Of a stretch of 64,000 bases of DNA, positions 37,813 through 51,091 are shown piece by piece (the stretch's first letter is position 1; each line of letters opens with the position of its first letter). The DNA lies in assembly GCF_001194135.2 (NCBI RefSeq), contig NC_069004.1, positions 32,396,439 to 32,460,438 on the forward strand, in the 5' to 3' direction. The notes beneath the pieces were generated by a model that was given only the letters and a program-made list of their open reading frames with translations, made no database searches and had not been told where the DNA came from. The position numbers were made by a program, and so were the translations under genes. Origin of the DNA: Octopus bimaculoides (taxonomy: Eukaryota).

Positions 37813-38019
37813 CTGCAGAGCAGAATGTAAACATTAACACACATGAATGCACATACATGTAAATAGATACACACTCATACTAAATCATCATCATTATTGT
37901 TTTAACGTCCATTTTTCCATGCTTGCATAGGTCAGACAGAATTCATGTTAGCAGTTGTTCTCCTTCCAGATGTGCCCTTCCTGCTGTTAGCCCTCACCTC
38001 TTATCAATCAAACTCTTTG

Positions 38020-38345
38020 AAGAGTTTTAGTCAAAAAAGTTGACCCCTGTACTTATTTTTTAAGTCTGGTACTTATTCTGTCTCTTTTGCCAAACTGCTA
38101 AGTTATGGGGATGTAAATAAACCAACACCAGTTGCCAAGCAGTGGGGGAAGAGACAAAAACAGGCGCAAAGATACACATACAGATATATATTTATATACA
38201 ATGGGCTTCCACTCAGTTCCATCAGCACAAGACATTGTCAGCCCTGGGCTACAGAAGATACTTGCTCAAGATGTTATCAGTGTGACTGAACTCAAAACAA
38301 TGTGGTCAGGAAGCACACTTCTTGACCACATGAGCCATGCCTCCT
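38020..38345 (-). mobile_element. SINE family A, diverged
   Basis: Reverse-oriented 3' module and head. Confidence 0.75.
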
Positions 38346-39081
38346 GCACCTATTATCTATATTTCAATTGCCTAATCCTCATTTCCACAAATGCATTTTT
38401 TTCTCTTTTCCTGTCTTATTTGTTTTGTTGGTATTTTTGGTATTTCTGGAGAAGAAGAAATAAAATATTTGATGGAAACGTGCAGTTATACTATAAGCAC
38501 TAGATAAACTGCAGTGGGTGTGGCAAGAGGTGGTAGAGTTTTAATTTTTTGCATCAATATATTAGACATATTATTTGTAGTAACCTCTGATTTCCCTGAT
38601 GAAGAGTCCCGTGTCCAAATTATTGAGCATGTCTTCTTTGTCACAGCATACTAACTTATTCCTCTTTGTCAACTATTTGTATTCCATAATTTGTCTGCTC
38701 AAGCCATTGCTAGATTCCTCAGATCTCACTGGTTCCTTACAATATTTTACCAAATATGCTATCATCGGGATGATAATGCTTGTTTATATATTCATGGTAT
38801 TATTACAGACAATTCCACATACACACAAATATGCTTACATGCCAACACATAATATACATAAATTTACACTTATGTATAGCTATGCATGCATTAGTATGAT
38901 AATATTCAAATGTATGTGTTAATATTTTAGACAACAGCATATGCACCTGTGCAGAAAGATGCATGTATATATATATATATATATATATACATACATGTAT
39001 ACATGAACAAGCATGTATACATGTATGTATATATCTTTAAACACACACACATATATGTTCCTTTGAATACATATACACATC

Positions 39082-39116
<35 letters not shown>

Positions 39117-39164
39117 CATCATCATCATCATCATCATCGGAAAGCGGATGTTAAACGATGATGA

Positions 39165-39234
<70 letters not shown>

Positions 39235-39447
39235 TTATCTATTTGTATGCAAGCACTTTTCTCTGTGTGTGTATGTAACTGTCTGAATACACATACACGT
39301 CTGTGGGTGTTGCATGTATTATAGATGTATGTGTGTGTTTAGATATGTATGTAGATAAATGAAATGTCATTTATACACACCAGCCCAAACAGCAAAGAGA
39401 TGCAGGAGCTGAAACATGTAATCATTATATTAGCAGGATATATATAA

Positions 39448-39479
<32 letters not shown>

Positions 39480-39964
39480 ATATACATGCACACCCATAAA
39501 TACACACATATACACATTACATCACATCCCAAATGTTATCTGTTCAAGTAATGATGTAACCATAAAATCATGCTGCACAAAATCAATGATTGCACCCTGA
39601 CAATACAATTTCATTCTCCTCCTCCTCCTCCTATATCCACTCCTCTTTTTCTCTTCCTGTCCCTCCCCCTTTTACTCATTCTTTCATTCTGTTTTCTTTC
39701 TTTTTTTTTTTTGGCTCTTTGTCTCTTTACTTTTTCCCCTTGATCTATCTGTCTGTCTGTCCAGCCGTCTGTCTGCCTGTCTGTCAATCTCTCTGTCTAT
39801 CGCTTTGTGTAAGGTTGTCTGTGTGTTCGTCTCACAGACATTCACCCCTCCCACTACTCACACAATGTCTTTCTGTTTTTACAAGCACACACACACACAC
39901 ACTCACACACACACACACACACACTCTCTCTCTCTCTTTTACCTTGTCTTTGTATTTCACTCCA

Positions 39965-39998
<34 letters not shown>

Positions 39999-40934
39999 TC
40001 TGTACTCACAGATACATAACAATTTCATCACTTTTTCCCCCTCTCGTTTCTTCCATCACTCTGCCTCTCTCTCTCTCTCTCTCTCTGTCCCAATGCCCAT
40101 GTGTTTTACTTTAATCCATAATGTCTTCATCACTCTCCCATTTACACACACACACACACACACACACTCTCTCTCTCTCTCTCTCTCTCTCAATCTCTCT
40201 CTCTCTCAATCTCTCTCTCTGTCTCCTCTCCTTCACTCTCTCTCTCTGTCTCCTCTCCTTCACTCTCCTTTATTACACACAGTCTCACTCTCTTTCATTA
40301 TCATACTTTCACATTACTTATTATTAGTTATTAATAGAACGAGAGTGAGTTGGCACAAACTGCAGACCAATGGAATTTTAATAATTTAGTGAGATGCTTT
40401 AGTTATTGCAGTTGTTGTTTTCTTAGCTCCAGGTTAGCCTTCATTGAACACACCTAAGATCAGACGCATTCCAGCTGCGACTATCCTGTCATTTATTTTG
40501 TTCACACCAGTCTTTCTAGGACTACATTGTCCAATGTGTCCTTCCTTTTGTAAGGTGCAGGGAATGATTTAAGATTTGGCTGCTGTTTCTTGCAGGTTAA
40601 GTGACTGCATTAAGGCTTCCTTGTTGACAAATGTTGTTGTTGTTGTCTAGCTCCAATTCAGCACTCCGATTGTGACCATCCTGCTTTTTATCAAGACATA
40701 GCATATACTTATGACTGTATTTTCCAAGATGTCTTTCTGTCAAGCGTGATTTGAGGGACATTGTGGTGTTATTTTTATCAGGTTCATCACCCATATAAAA
40801 GCACCCTCATTGGATTGTCATTACTTAATGTAGTTTACCTCATTTAAGCTGCTAATTCATTCTGTAAGGGCATGAATGTCACCTCCTTGCATTTCTTCTT
40901 CTGTAAAATGAAGTCAGTACCGCCTGACTGGCCT

Positions 40935-41123
40935 TTGTGCCAGTGGCACATAAAAGCACCCACTACACTCTCAGAGTGGTTGGTGTTAGGAAGGACATCC
41001 AGCTGTAGAAACTCTGCCAAATCAGATTTGAGCCTGGTGTAGCCATCTGGTTCACCAGTCCTTAGTCAAATCGTCCAACCCATGCTAGCATGGAAAGCAG
41101 ATGTTAAACGATGATGATGATGA
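40935..41123 (+). mobile_element. Family B retroposon
   Basis: Ends gcatggaaagcagatgttaaacgatgatgatgatg. Confidence 0.85.
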
Positions 41124-41283
41124 TATACAGCTTTTTGACTTTTGTTGTTTTGTTATTTGTTATTTTTAATGTTCGATTTGACTATATATATATATGTATA
41201 TATGTATATATATATATACACATACATATATATATACAGCTTTTTGACTTTTGTTGTTATTTGTTATTTTTAATGTTCGATTT

Positions 41284-41325
<42 letters not shown>

Positions 41326-41374
41326 CTTTTTGACTTTTGTTGTTTTGTTATTTGTTATTTTTAATGTTCAATTT

Positions 41375-41433
<59 letters not shown>
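41124..41433. repeat. Minisatellite: 3 copies of a unit of about 57 bp, each followed by a variable (TA)n
   Basis: cagctttttgacttttgttg...gatttgac at 41128, 41237, 41323. Confidence 0.95.
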
Positions 41434-41436
<3 letters not shown>

Positions 41437-42088
41437 TCATCATCATACGTCCGCTTTCCATGCTAGCATGGGTTGGACGTTTTGACTGAGGACTGGTGAA
41501 CCAGATGGCTACACCAGGCTCCAATCCGATTTGGCAGAATTTCTACAGCTGGATGCCCTTCCTAATGCCAACCACTCCGAGAGTGTAGTGGGTGCTTTTA
41601 CGTGTCACCGGCACGAAGGCCAGTCAGGTGGTACTGGCAACGGCCATACTCAAAATGGTGTATTTTATGTGCCTCCTGCACAGGAGCCAGTCCAGCAGCA
41701 CTGGCAACGATCTCGCTCGAATGACTTTTCATGTGCTACCGGCACAAGTGCCAGAAATGCGAAGCTGCGGCACAAGTGCCAGGAAGGTGACGCTGGTAAT
41801 GATCACGCTCGAACGGTGGTGCCATCACGATTTCGCTTTTGCTTGCCCCAACAGGTCTTCGCAAGCAGAGTTTAGTGTCCAAGAAGGAGACGTTGGCATG
41901 GAGGCCAGTCATCGAATTTAGTTCGATTTCGATTTCACTTGCCTCAGCAGGTCTTTGCAAGTGGAGTTTAGTGTCCAATGGAGGAAAGGTACGCATAAGT
42001 GGGCTGGCTACATCTCTGGCAGAGGCCTTGGCTTTTGGTCTCACTTGGCTTGCTGGGTCTTCTCACGCACAGCATATTTCTAAAGATC
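41434..42088 (-). mobile_element. Long family B retroposon with internal direct repeats, truncated by a gap
   Basis: Reverse complement of 40935-41123 plus about 480 bp of upstream body with duplicated caggtct..gcaag..gagtttagtgtccaa blocks. Confidence 0.8.
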
Positions 42089-43052
42089 NNNNNNNNNNNN
42101 NNNNNNNNNNNNNNNNNNNNNNNNNNNNNNNNNNNNNNNNNNNNNNNNNNNNNNNNNNNNNNNNNNNNNNNNNNNNNNNNNNNNNNNNNNNNNNNNNNNN
42201 NNNNNNNNNNNNNNNNNNNNNNNNNNNNNNNNNNNNNNNNNNNNNNNNNNNNNNNNNNNNNNNNNNNNNNNNNNNNNNNNNNNNNNNNNNNNNNNNNNNN
42301 NNNNNNNNNNNNNNNNNNNNNNNNNNNNNNNNNNNNNNNNNNNNNNNNNNNNNNNNNNNNNNNNNNNNNNNNNNNNNNNNNNNNNNNNNNNNNNNNNNNN
42401 NNNNNNNNNNNNNNNNNNNNNNNNNNNNNNNNNNNNNNNNNNNNNNNNNNNNNNNNNNNNNNNNNNNNNNNNNNNNNNNNNNNNNNNNNNNNNNNNNNNN
42501 NNNNNNNNNNNNNNNNNNNNNNNNNNNNNNNNNNNNNNNNNNNNNNNNNNNNNNTATATATATATATATTTATATATATATGTATATATATATATATATA
42601 AACTTTATCAGTCACATATACTTAACATACCAACCTCATGTATTTGCCGGTAGGTTGCGATTTGGCATATTGGAGAATATTTGAATGTGTGTGTGTGTTT
42701 GTATATTTATATATGTAGTATTGTCAGACGCAGTGTCATGATGACTCTGACCAAGGATTACAGATTTATGGATTACATTAAGTGTGCAAGCATCCATGGA
42801 ATACTCGACCACCCATTTTATGTTTTTTTTTTTTCTACATTGCAATTTCTACATTACAATTGGTAAACAATGACATCATTGGTTACAGGTTTCAAGCAAT
42901 CCAATCTCTGGTTCATTGCATTTCTGACTTAAATGTAGAAGTTGTTCCATTGATTGAACAGCTATCGTTGAATTTGACATAAGATCCATTTACTAAGTCT
43001 GTAATATACACAGATTAGTGTGGTCTGTGATTTTGGCATTTGTTTCATACAG

Positions 43053-43094
43053 GAGTGTATAAGAATTCTCGGTGTTTGGTCATAGTCGAAGCTT
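43053..43094 (+). CDS. Candidate plus-strand exon: (x)VYKNSRCLVIVEA(x)
   Basis: Acceptor ttggcatttgtttcatacag|, donor CTT|gtgagt; 42 nt; only phase 1-1 open, compatible with the exon at 47382. Confidence 0.4.
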
Positions 43095-43619
43095 GTGAGT
43101 ATGTTGGAAAGAAATATAATACTAATTCCTTCTGCTGGTCCTTTATGGGGCTTTTACTTAGCTTCTTTGAAATGTTGGAATAGCTTTGTCTGATGATTAA
43201 ATAGTATTGATGTCTTAGAGGCTACATAGATGAAGAGATAGCTATATATANNNNNNNNNNNNNNNNNNNNNNNNNNNNNNNNNNNNNNNNNNNNNNNNNN
43301 NNNNNNNNNNNNNNNNNNNNNNNNNNNTATATATATAATAATAATAATACAATTGATATATGAGCATATGCATCTATACATACATATATGTACATACCTA
43401 CATCTACATGTATATATAGATGCATATCCGGGTACAGGACGTCAGAAAAGGAACGGGAACATAAAGCACAAAAACGGACTTTTTTTTACAGACAACAGTA
43501 CGAACACATAGGAAAACGGATGAGCCACATATGGAACTTTTCCTTCATCAGCTGCCTCTATTCTAAACTAGGTGTTTCGAAAATGAGATATTCTTTTACT
43601 TGTCAATAAAGGCATCAAA

Positions 43620-43958
43620 AATATGGTAACAAAAGGGTTAAAGTGATCTAAATAAAGATCAAAGTTTTATGTTTGTTAAGGTTCTAAACACCACTGTAAT
43701 AATGACAGTTATATCATTAAATTCTTCATTAATTTCAAAATGAATTGAAATAAAGGCTGTATATTTCAACAGAAATATGGTAACAAAAGGGTTATATTAA
43801 TCTAAATTAAAACCTTCCATCAAAATTTCATGTCAATTTATGTTCCAAACGCCAGTGTAATAATGACGAGGTTATTTTACTAAATTTCTCATTAACTTCT
43901 CAATGAATTGAAACAAAGGATGTGTATTTCATCAGATGTATAGTTATGAAAGGGTTAA
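43620..43958. mobile_element. Second copy of the piggyBac-like tandem module
   Basis: Three AAGGGTTA termini (43635, 43789, 43952) with periods of 154 and 163 bp; clearly homologous to 17455-17851. Confidence 0.55.
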
Positions 43959-44217
43959 CCGTTTGACTATCTCACACACATGCCACCCTCTACACACACT
44001 CTCTCTTTCTCACACACACACACTTACACACACACACATGCACACACACAAAGGCATTGCCTATCGATTATAGTTATTGATTGTCAGCTCTATGAGAGCT
44101 CTTGAAGTTCGATGGTGCAAATGAATGAACTAGCTATAAGATATTTGAAAGCTTGTTAATCAACTAACTATAAACTGAGTGAAGATGAGTACTTCATTTT
44201 TCCTGAGGATGTCTTAC

Positions 44218-44363
44218 AAAATCTGTCATGCAGTTTGAACTCATAAACCATAAACTACAAGTCGAATATTTCATTAAATGAACCACTACACATAATCCAA
44301 TAGAGCAGTGAATCTTGCCACATTCAAATTTGATATTGCCTATTGATGACATCTCTAAAAATC
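44218..44363 (-). CDS. Candidate minus-strand exon: (x)FLEMSSIGNIKFECGKIHCSIGLCVVVHLMKYSTCSLWFMSSNCMTDF
   Basis: Acceptor cttttgtttttgtgtttttataag|, donor TTT|gtaaga; 146 nt; only phase 1 in, phase 0 out is open, compatible with the exon at 37812. Product unrecognised; could be chance. Confidence 0.33.
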
Positions 44364-44794
44364 CTTATAAAAACACAAAAACAAAAGACGAAAGAGTTTA
44401 ATCTTCAAGATGAAAAAGCACTATTTCTGCATAAACTGAATTTGTAAAATTAACTGACCCAACTCACTCAAAGGGCATCTTTGACTTGTAAGCTCTGTAG
44501 CAACTTTACTTGTGTTGGTGTCATGGGGAAAAAGCATCCAGTACACCCCGTGATGGGGTTGGCATTAAGAAGGGCATCTGGCTGTAGAAATCATGCCAAA
44601 GGAGACATTGGAGCATGATGAAATCCTTGGGCCCATTTGATGCTGTGAACATGGAAGACAGACATTAGAAGATGAAGAAGATGATTATTATTTTTCTTGA
44701 CATAGATGTCCATTTCCTACAAGTTCTTGTATATATTTTCACCAATACATATGTGCACATGCACACATACACACATACACACACACACACATAT

Positions 44795-44950
44795 TCAACA
44801 GGCTTCTGCATAGTTTCCATGTATCAAACTTCACTCATGATGTGTAGGTCAATCCAGAAACTGTAGCAGAAGACAGTGCCCAAGATACCATGCCCTAGGG
44901 TCAAACCCAGAACCATGTGGTTGCTAGTTAAATTACTTAACCATACACCC
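44795..44950 (-). mobile_element. SINE family A head, diverged
   Basis: agaagacagtgcccaag...aacccagaaccatgtgg. Confidence 0.65.
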
Positions 44951-45318
44951 CAGTAACTCCTGACAATACACTGTGGAATAGCTTGGTCAGTCTAGTAAGT
45001 TCAATAAAGGATATCAGAGCTGCTTCAATTTGTGCTCATAGTTGCTGTCTAAAATTCTTAGTCATACAATCATATCTGTAGCTATTTTAGGATTAACTTG
45101 CATATATTAACTGTCTTCAAGGCAGTGAGTTGGCAGAATTGTTGGCAAGCCAAGTGGAATGCTTAGCAGTACCTTGTCCATCTTTACATTCTGGGCTCAA
45201 ATTCTGCTGTGACTGACTTTGCCTTTCTTCCTTTTGGGGGGGTCAATAAAATAAGTACCAGTAGAGCATTGGGGTCAATGTAATTGACTTACGTACTCTT
45301 GGGTAAGAGTATTAAAAA

Positions 45319-45725
45319 AGGAGTGGCTGTGTGGTAAGTAGCTTGCTTACCAACCACGTGGTTCTAGGTTCAGTCCCACTGTGTAGCACCTTGGGCAAGT
45401 GTCTTCTACTATAGCCTCGGGCCGACCAAAGCCTTGTGAGTGGATTTGGTAGACGGAAACTGAAAGAAGCCCGTCGTATATATGTATATGTATATATATA
45501 TGTGTGTGTGTGTTTGTGTGTCTGTGTTTGTCCCCCCACCATCGCTTGACAACTGATGCTGGTGTGTTTACGTCCCCGTAACTTAGTGGTTCGGCCAAAA
45601 GAGACCGATAGAATAAGTACTAGGCCTACAAAGAATAAGTCCTGGGGTCGATTTGCTCGACTAAAGACGGTGCCCCAGCATGGCCGCAGTCAAATGACTG
45701 AAACAAGTAAAAGAGTAAAAGAGTA
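45319..45725 (+). mobile_element. SINE family A (my label), full length and well preserved; tRNA-derived head
   Basis: A-box-like TGGCTGTGTGG (45324-45334), B-box GGTTCAGTCCC (45367-45377), internal (TA/TG)n, conserved 3' module, (GTAAAAGA)n tail; about 19 copies or fragments in the window. Confidence 0.9.
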
Positions 45726-45989
45726 TCCCTTTGCCAAGGCATGTCAAATCAGTGTAGCAGAGTAGACTCATCAAACCAGTATGATCTCACGCTCAAATTC
45801 ATGGCTTCCACATAAGACCATGGTTGGTGGAGGGAACGTGCTGAGGCCCTTGTTCTGCAGTCGACTGGACATGGGCAATCTGATCCAATCCAATTGTCTT
45901 CAGGTGCATTTATCTAATTCTGTGTTCTTCATTTGGTCATTCAATAGTTTGAGGAGTAGAAGCACAATCTGAGACTGGTCTTGTGTTCT

Positions 45990-46284
45990 TCAAAACTGTC
46001 AGACTTCCATGTGTGTATATTGTACAAAGGAAACCTGCAAATACAAATGCACACACATATGAATATATACAAACACATGTATAAACCTGCATATGTATAT
46101 ACATGTGTGTGTACACACACAAGCACATATGTATACACACAGACATACATATCTACATGCATACATACAAACACGTGCATTTGCAAACACAAGCACATAC
46201 ATGTTCACATGCACACACATACACACGTGTACAAACGCAGCTACATGTATGTACACACACATACATGTACAAATACACACATAC

Positions 46285-46351
<67 letters not shown>

Positions 46352-46630
46352 AACACATGTGCAGGCATAACTATATGTATGTGCACACAAACACATGCAT
46401 GTACAAACATACATATATATATACACAAACACCTATAAATTACAAATACACACACACACACCAACAAATATGCACACATGTGCAAACACAGCTACATATA
46501 TGTATACACACACATATATAGAAACACACGTGCAAGCACAACTACATGTATATACACACAAACACATACATGTACATACATACGTATATATACACAAACA
46601 CATATATGTACAAGCACACACACACACACC
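45990..46630. repeat. Cryptic (CA/TA)-rich satellite
   Basis: Recurrent cacatgtgca..caca.ctacatgta motif. Confidence 0.7.
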
Positions 46631-46959
46631 AAGTTTCCTGAGAGACATAGTGACATAACCTCTCCTTTTCACCATTACTCTCTCTCTCTCTCTCATTGCT
46701 ATCCTTAACCAATGTTCTGATGTAGTCTTGTTCATCAAATGTTTTATTCATATTTCATCAATGAACTCTCCATCCTATACAATAGATCCCCTTGTTTACA
46801 CACAATTCATGACTTGTCAACTTACTTCCTTCAAACTCTTTCAGCTTTTCTATTCGTTTCTTGTCATTTTTTTCCCTTTCTTCATTTTCTACTTCCATCT
46901 TACTTTTTTCTGTTGTATTCATTCATTTATTTATTTCCACTTTATATTTTCTTGGATTT

Positions 46960-47046
46960 CTTCTTCTTCTTCTTCTTCTTCTTCTTCTTCTTCTTCTTCT
47001 TCTTCTTCTTCTTCTTCTTCTTCTTCTTCTTCTTCTTCTTCAACAC

Positions 47047-47094
<48 letters not shown>

Positions 47095-47100
47095 TGTCAT
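46960..47100. repeat. Compound microsatellite (CTT)n then (ATC)n
   Basis: Direct reading. Confidence 0.95.
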
Positions 47101-47381
47101 CACCACTGCAATCCTCCTTTTTTTTCTTTAGTGTATTTTTTAAAGTTTTTCACAGTATTTTCTTCAGTCCCTCCACTTATTATTCTTGTTAAACTGCAAG
47201 TAAATATCACCATTTAAACATATGTAACCTTAATTCAAAGGTGGTGAAAATGTTTTCCTCATATGGTGATGTCTAGCACTGTCTTTCAGTCAGCAGGAGA
47301 TGTACAGATCAATCCTCTTCTGTACAGTGTTTCCTTTTTACTCACCCTGTAATGTTGAGGTGATGCTGACAGTTTTTTCAG

Positions 47382-47526
47382 GTCATTACATAGTAGAATT
47401 TATGATGTTCGGTCTAAGGGAAAGCTTGAGTCCTATCAAAGCTAACTGGAAATTGATTCAAAAAGAGAACCTTAAAATCTCTATGCAAGATCATGTCCAA
47501 AATCTTAAGGAATTTATGTCAATAAT
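47382..47526 (+). CDS. Candidate plus-strand exon: (x)HYIVEFMMFGLRESLSPIKANWKLIQKENLKISMQDHVQNLKEFMSI(x)
   Basis: Branch-like gctgac plus acceptor agttttttcag|, donor AAT|gtaagc; 145 nt; open only in phase 1 in, phase 2 out. Confidence 0.5.
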
Positions 47527-47819
47527 GTAAGCCATATGCATTAAATTTACTCCAGAAATAAGATGATTGTACACAAAAATATAATTACCAAACAAAGCAA
47601 ATTCTTATGTGGCAAGAAGCAAAGATCTTGGATTTCAAATAATTTAAGCTGACAACTCAAGGACAGTTCGGGCATCCAGCCTTAAAAACCATGCCAAAAC
47701 AGACACAGTAGCCTGGTATAGTCTTCTACCTATCCAGCTCCTGTCAAACCGTCCAACCATTGCCAGCATGGAAAGCAGATGTTAAATGATGGTGATAGTG
47801 ATGATGATGATATGAATAT

Positions 47820-48062
47820 CTTCTTTCAGCTTGCTTCCATTAAATGCACTCACAAGACTCTGGTTGGCCTGAGGCTATACAACACACACACACACATATT
47901 TGATGGGCTTCTTTCAGTTTCTCTCTACCACATCTACTCACAAAGCTCTGGTCAGCCTGGGGCTATAGTAGAAGGCACTTGCCCAAGATGCAATGCAGTG
48001 GAACTGACCCTCCCCACAATCGTGTGATTGGGAAGTGAATTTCTTAAATACATAGCCATGCC
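47820..48062 (-). mobile_element. SINE family A fragments
   Basis: gggcttctttcagttt...acttgcccaag modules. Confidence 0.7.
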
Positions 48063-48494
48063 TAAATATATATACATATACACATACATACACACACACA
48101 CACACTCTCTCTCTCTCTCTCGTATAAGTGCTTATTCCCCATAAGTATCAGTATGTCAGCTGATGTTATATAATAGCTATTAGCAGAGCGAGCTTTCGTT
48201 GGGATATTTTTACGCTGTCACTCAGAGAACGGACCAAAAACAAAATATAAAATTAAGACATGGAAACAAAACTAAAAATGGAATTAAGTAATCTGGTTTG
48301 CTAGCAGATTACATCATAGCTGCATTTATAATATACACCAGCTAATGTGCATTGTGTGCATGTCTTTCTTTTGTAATTATGCAAATGTGCATCTGTTAAT
48401 GTGTTTATTTGTTTTATTATAATAATAATAATAATGGTGTTATAGACAGTAATAATTTCTTTGATGTCATTGAGATGATGGCGATAATAATAAT

Positions 48495-49320
48495 AATGAT
48501 AATCCTTTCTACTATAAAATAGTTTCAAATTTTGGTACAAGGCCAGCAATTTTAAGGGAGAAGATAAGTTTATTACATTGACCCCAAAAGGATGAAAGGC
48601 AAAGTTGACCATGGCAGAATTTGAACCTATGATGTAGCAGGCCAGGAATGAATACTGCAAAGCATTTTTTTTTGATAGATGATCTAAGGATTCTAATAAT
48701 CTAATAATAATAATAATAATAATTTTTGGTACAAGGCCAGCAGTTTTGGGTTAGGGGCTTAGAACAATTATATTGACCCCAGTGCTCAACTGGTACTTAT
48801 TTTATCGACCTCCAAAAGGAGGAAAGGCAAAGTTGACTTTGGCGGAATGTGAACTCAGAATGAAATAACAGACAAAATTCTGCCAAGCATGCTAACTATT
48901 CTGCCGGCTTGCTGAATGATGATAATAATAATAATAATAATAATAAGGAATAATAATAATGGTTTGAAATCTTGGCTCTAGGCCAGCAATTTCGGTGGAG
49001 AGGGTAAGCCAATTACATGGACCACTTGCTGGCACTTACTTTATTGACCCTGAAATGGTAAAAGGCAAAAATGACCTTGATTGAAATTGAACTCTGAACG
49101 AAATGCTGCTAAGTATTTTATCTGGCATACTAACAATTCTGCCAGCTTACCCTCTTCAATAAAGATAACAATAGTTTCTATCATAGGAACATGGACTAAA
49201 ATTTTAAGGAAAGGGCTGGCCAATTACATTGGCTCTCCACCTGGTTTTGTCTTTTATTTTAGCAACCCCAGAAGGATGAGAAACAAAGTTAACCTCTGTG
49301 ATTGTGAATCTAGAATTGAA
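48495..49320 (-). mobile_element. Head-to-tail array of about 4 family C SINEs
   Basis: Repeated aaggccagc..tt..gggg..ttgacccc..aaaggcaaagttgac units separated by (AAT)n. Confidence 0.8.
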
Positions 49321-49699
49321 CTGCCAGTTTTGGATAAAACTACCTTGCAGTATTTCTAGCTTTTCATGTTTTGAATTCAAAGCATGCTGAAGTCAGCTTT
49401 GCTTTCCATCACCCCAGGGTTGATAAATATAATATAATATAATATAATATAATATAATATAATATACTAGTCAAGTGCTGAGGTTTGATGTACTTGACTA
49501 AACTCTTCTTCCATTGTATTATAGTGGCCAAGTGAGTATTCTGCAAATACTCAAACCCTTACTGTACCCCTTAGGCAGAATAACCATGACATTGTGTACG
49601 ACAAAGCTGGCTCCTTTGAATTACAAGTATAGTTCATGCACATACATGCATACACATACAAACACACACTCACATGTACATGCATGCATATGGACACAG

Positions 49700-49730
<31 letters not shown>

Positions 49731-51033
49731 AACATTTAGAACTCCCTAGTCATTATATTTGTTTTGGATTTTGGCACAAGGTCAGAAATATTAGGGGAGG
49801 AGTAACTCAATTACGTCAACTCTGGTGTCCAACAGGTACTTATTTTATTGACCCTGGAATGATGAAAGTCAAAGCTGACCTTGGGAGCATTTGAACTCAA
49901 ACCACGAAGTTGGAAGAAATGCTACTAGGAGATTTTTCTGGTGCAGTAACGATTCTGCCAGCTCGCTGCCTTAGTCCCTATTCATTATATTAAGTGGCTG
50001 AGTATTCCACAGACAGTTGTACTCTTAAATAATTCTCATCCAGAATTGATGTGAAAGGGACCTTCTTGAGTATTGGCGACTCATAAGGGCTGGTTTCCCA
50101 GTTTCCATGGCATATAAATTCTCTACCTCGATGGGATGCTGGCCCATTACAGGATTTCTCATTTTTGCCAGCTGAGTGGACTGGAGCAACATGAAATGAA
50201 GTGTTTTGCTCAGGAACACAATGCATTGCCCAGTCCAGGAATTGAAACCACAATCTTACGGTCATGAGTCCAACAGCCTAACCACTAAGTCACGCACCTC
50301 CACTAGAATAAACATGAATATGAGTTTGACAAGACTTGCTCTTTGACTTCCACTGGGTTTCCACATAGTTTCTATAAAAGCCCAAGGTTTACTCATAGCT
50401 AGGCAGGAGTCTATCTGGGGCTTTGGCAAAAAACACCAAAACCTACCCAACCCTAAGCCCTACCCCCCAACCCCAAAGTGGTGTGTGGTGGGATCAAACT
50501 TAAAATCTCAGGTCTGCAAAGCAAATTTCTCAGCAATGCAGCCATGCTTGCACCACATGTACATGTGTAAATATATACATATATCCAAGCACACATACAC
50601 ATGCATAGATGCATGCATACACATATGCTCATTCACACACATGCACACATATGATCTTACACTCATGCACACACACACATGCACACACACATGGACATGC
50701 ACATGCACTCACACATACACACACACATGTACATGCACAAACATGATTATGCTTACACATACATGCTGCTGCTGCACCACATGTAGTTCGAAGCAATCAT
50801 CAGAATCCATTGAGAAAAACAACTCAACAAACACCAGTGTTGGTTGTAGAGTGTCTTCTTATAGACTTGCTCACAAGAGGCTGTCAGTTACTGCTGTCAT
50901 CTGCAGCTGAACGCTGGGGCTGCAAGTCCGTTGCATGTCTCTTCTGCCAACATCACCACACAGCTCTCTCTCTCTCCCCCACCATACACACACACACACA
51001 CACACACACACAACACACACACACACACAACAC

Positions 51034-51070
<37 letters not shown>

Positions 51071-51091
51071 CTCTCTCTCTCTCTCTCTCAC

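Noticed and set aside
38580-38790. Possible GIY-YIG/Penelope remnant (minus) or short exon (plus)
   Set aside because: Motif similarity is too weak and interrupted by stops; no donor on the plus strand.
40839-40900. Minus-strand 62-nt segment with good acceptor and donor
   Set aside because: Stops in all three frames; could only be non-coding, and there is no other support.
43500-43590. Minus-strand CGAAAC...CTGATGAAGG, possible permuted hammerhead
   Set aside because: Stems I and III cannot be formed and there is no valid cleavage triplet.
45319-45390. tRNA gene calls for SINE heads
   Set aside because: A/B boxes are present but there is no closable cloverleaf; they run into repeat bodies present in many copies.
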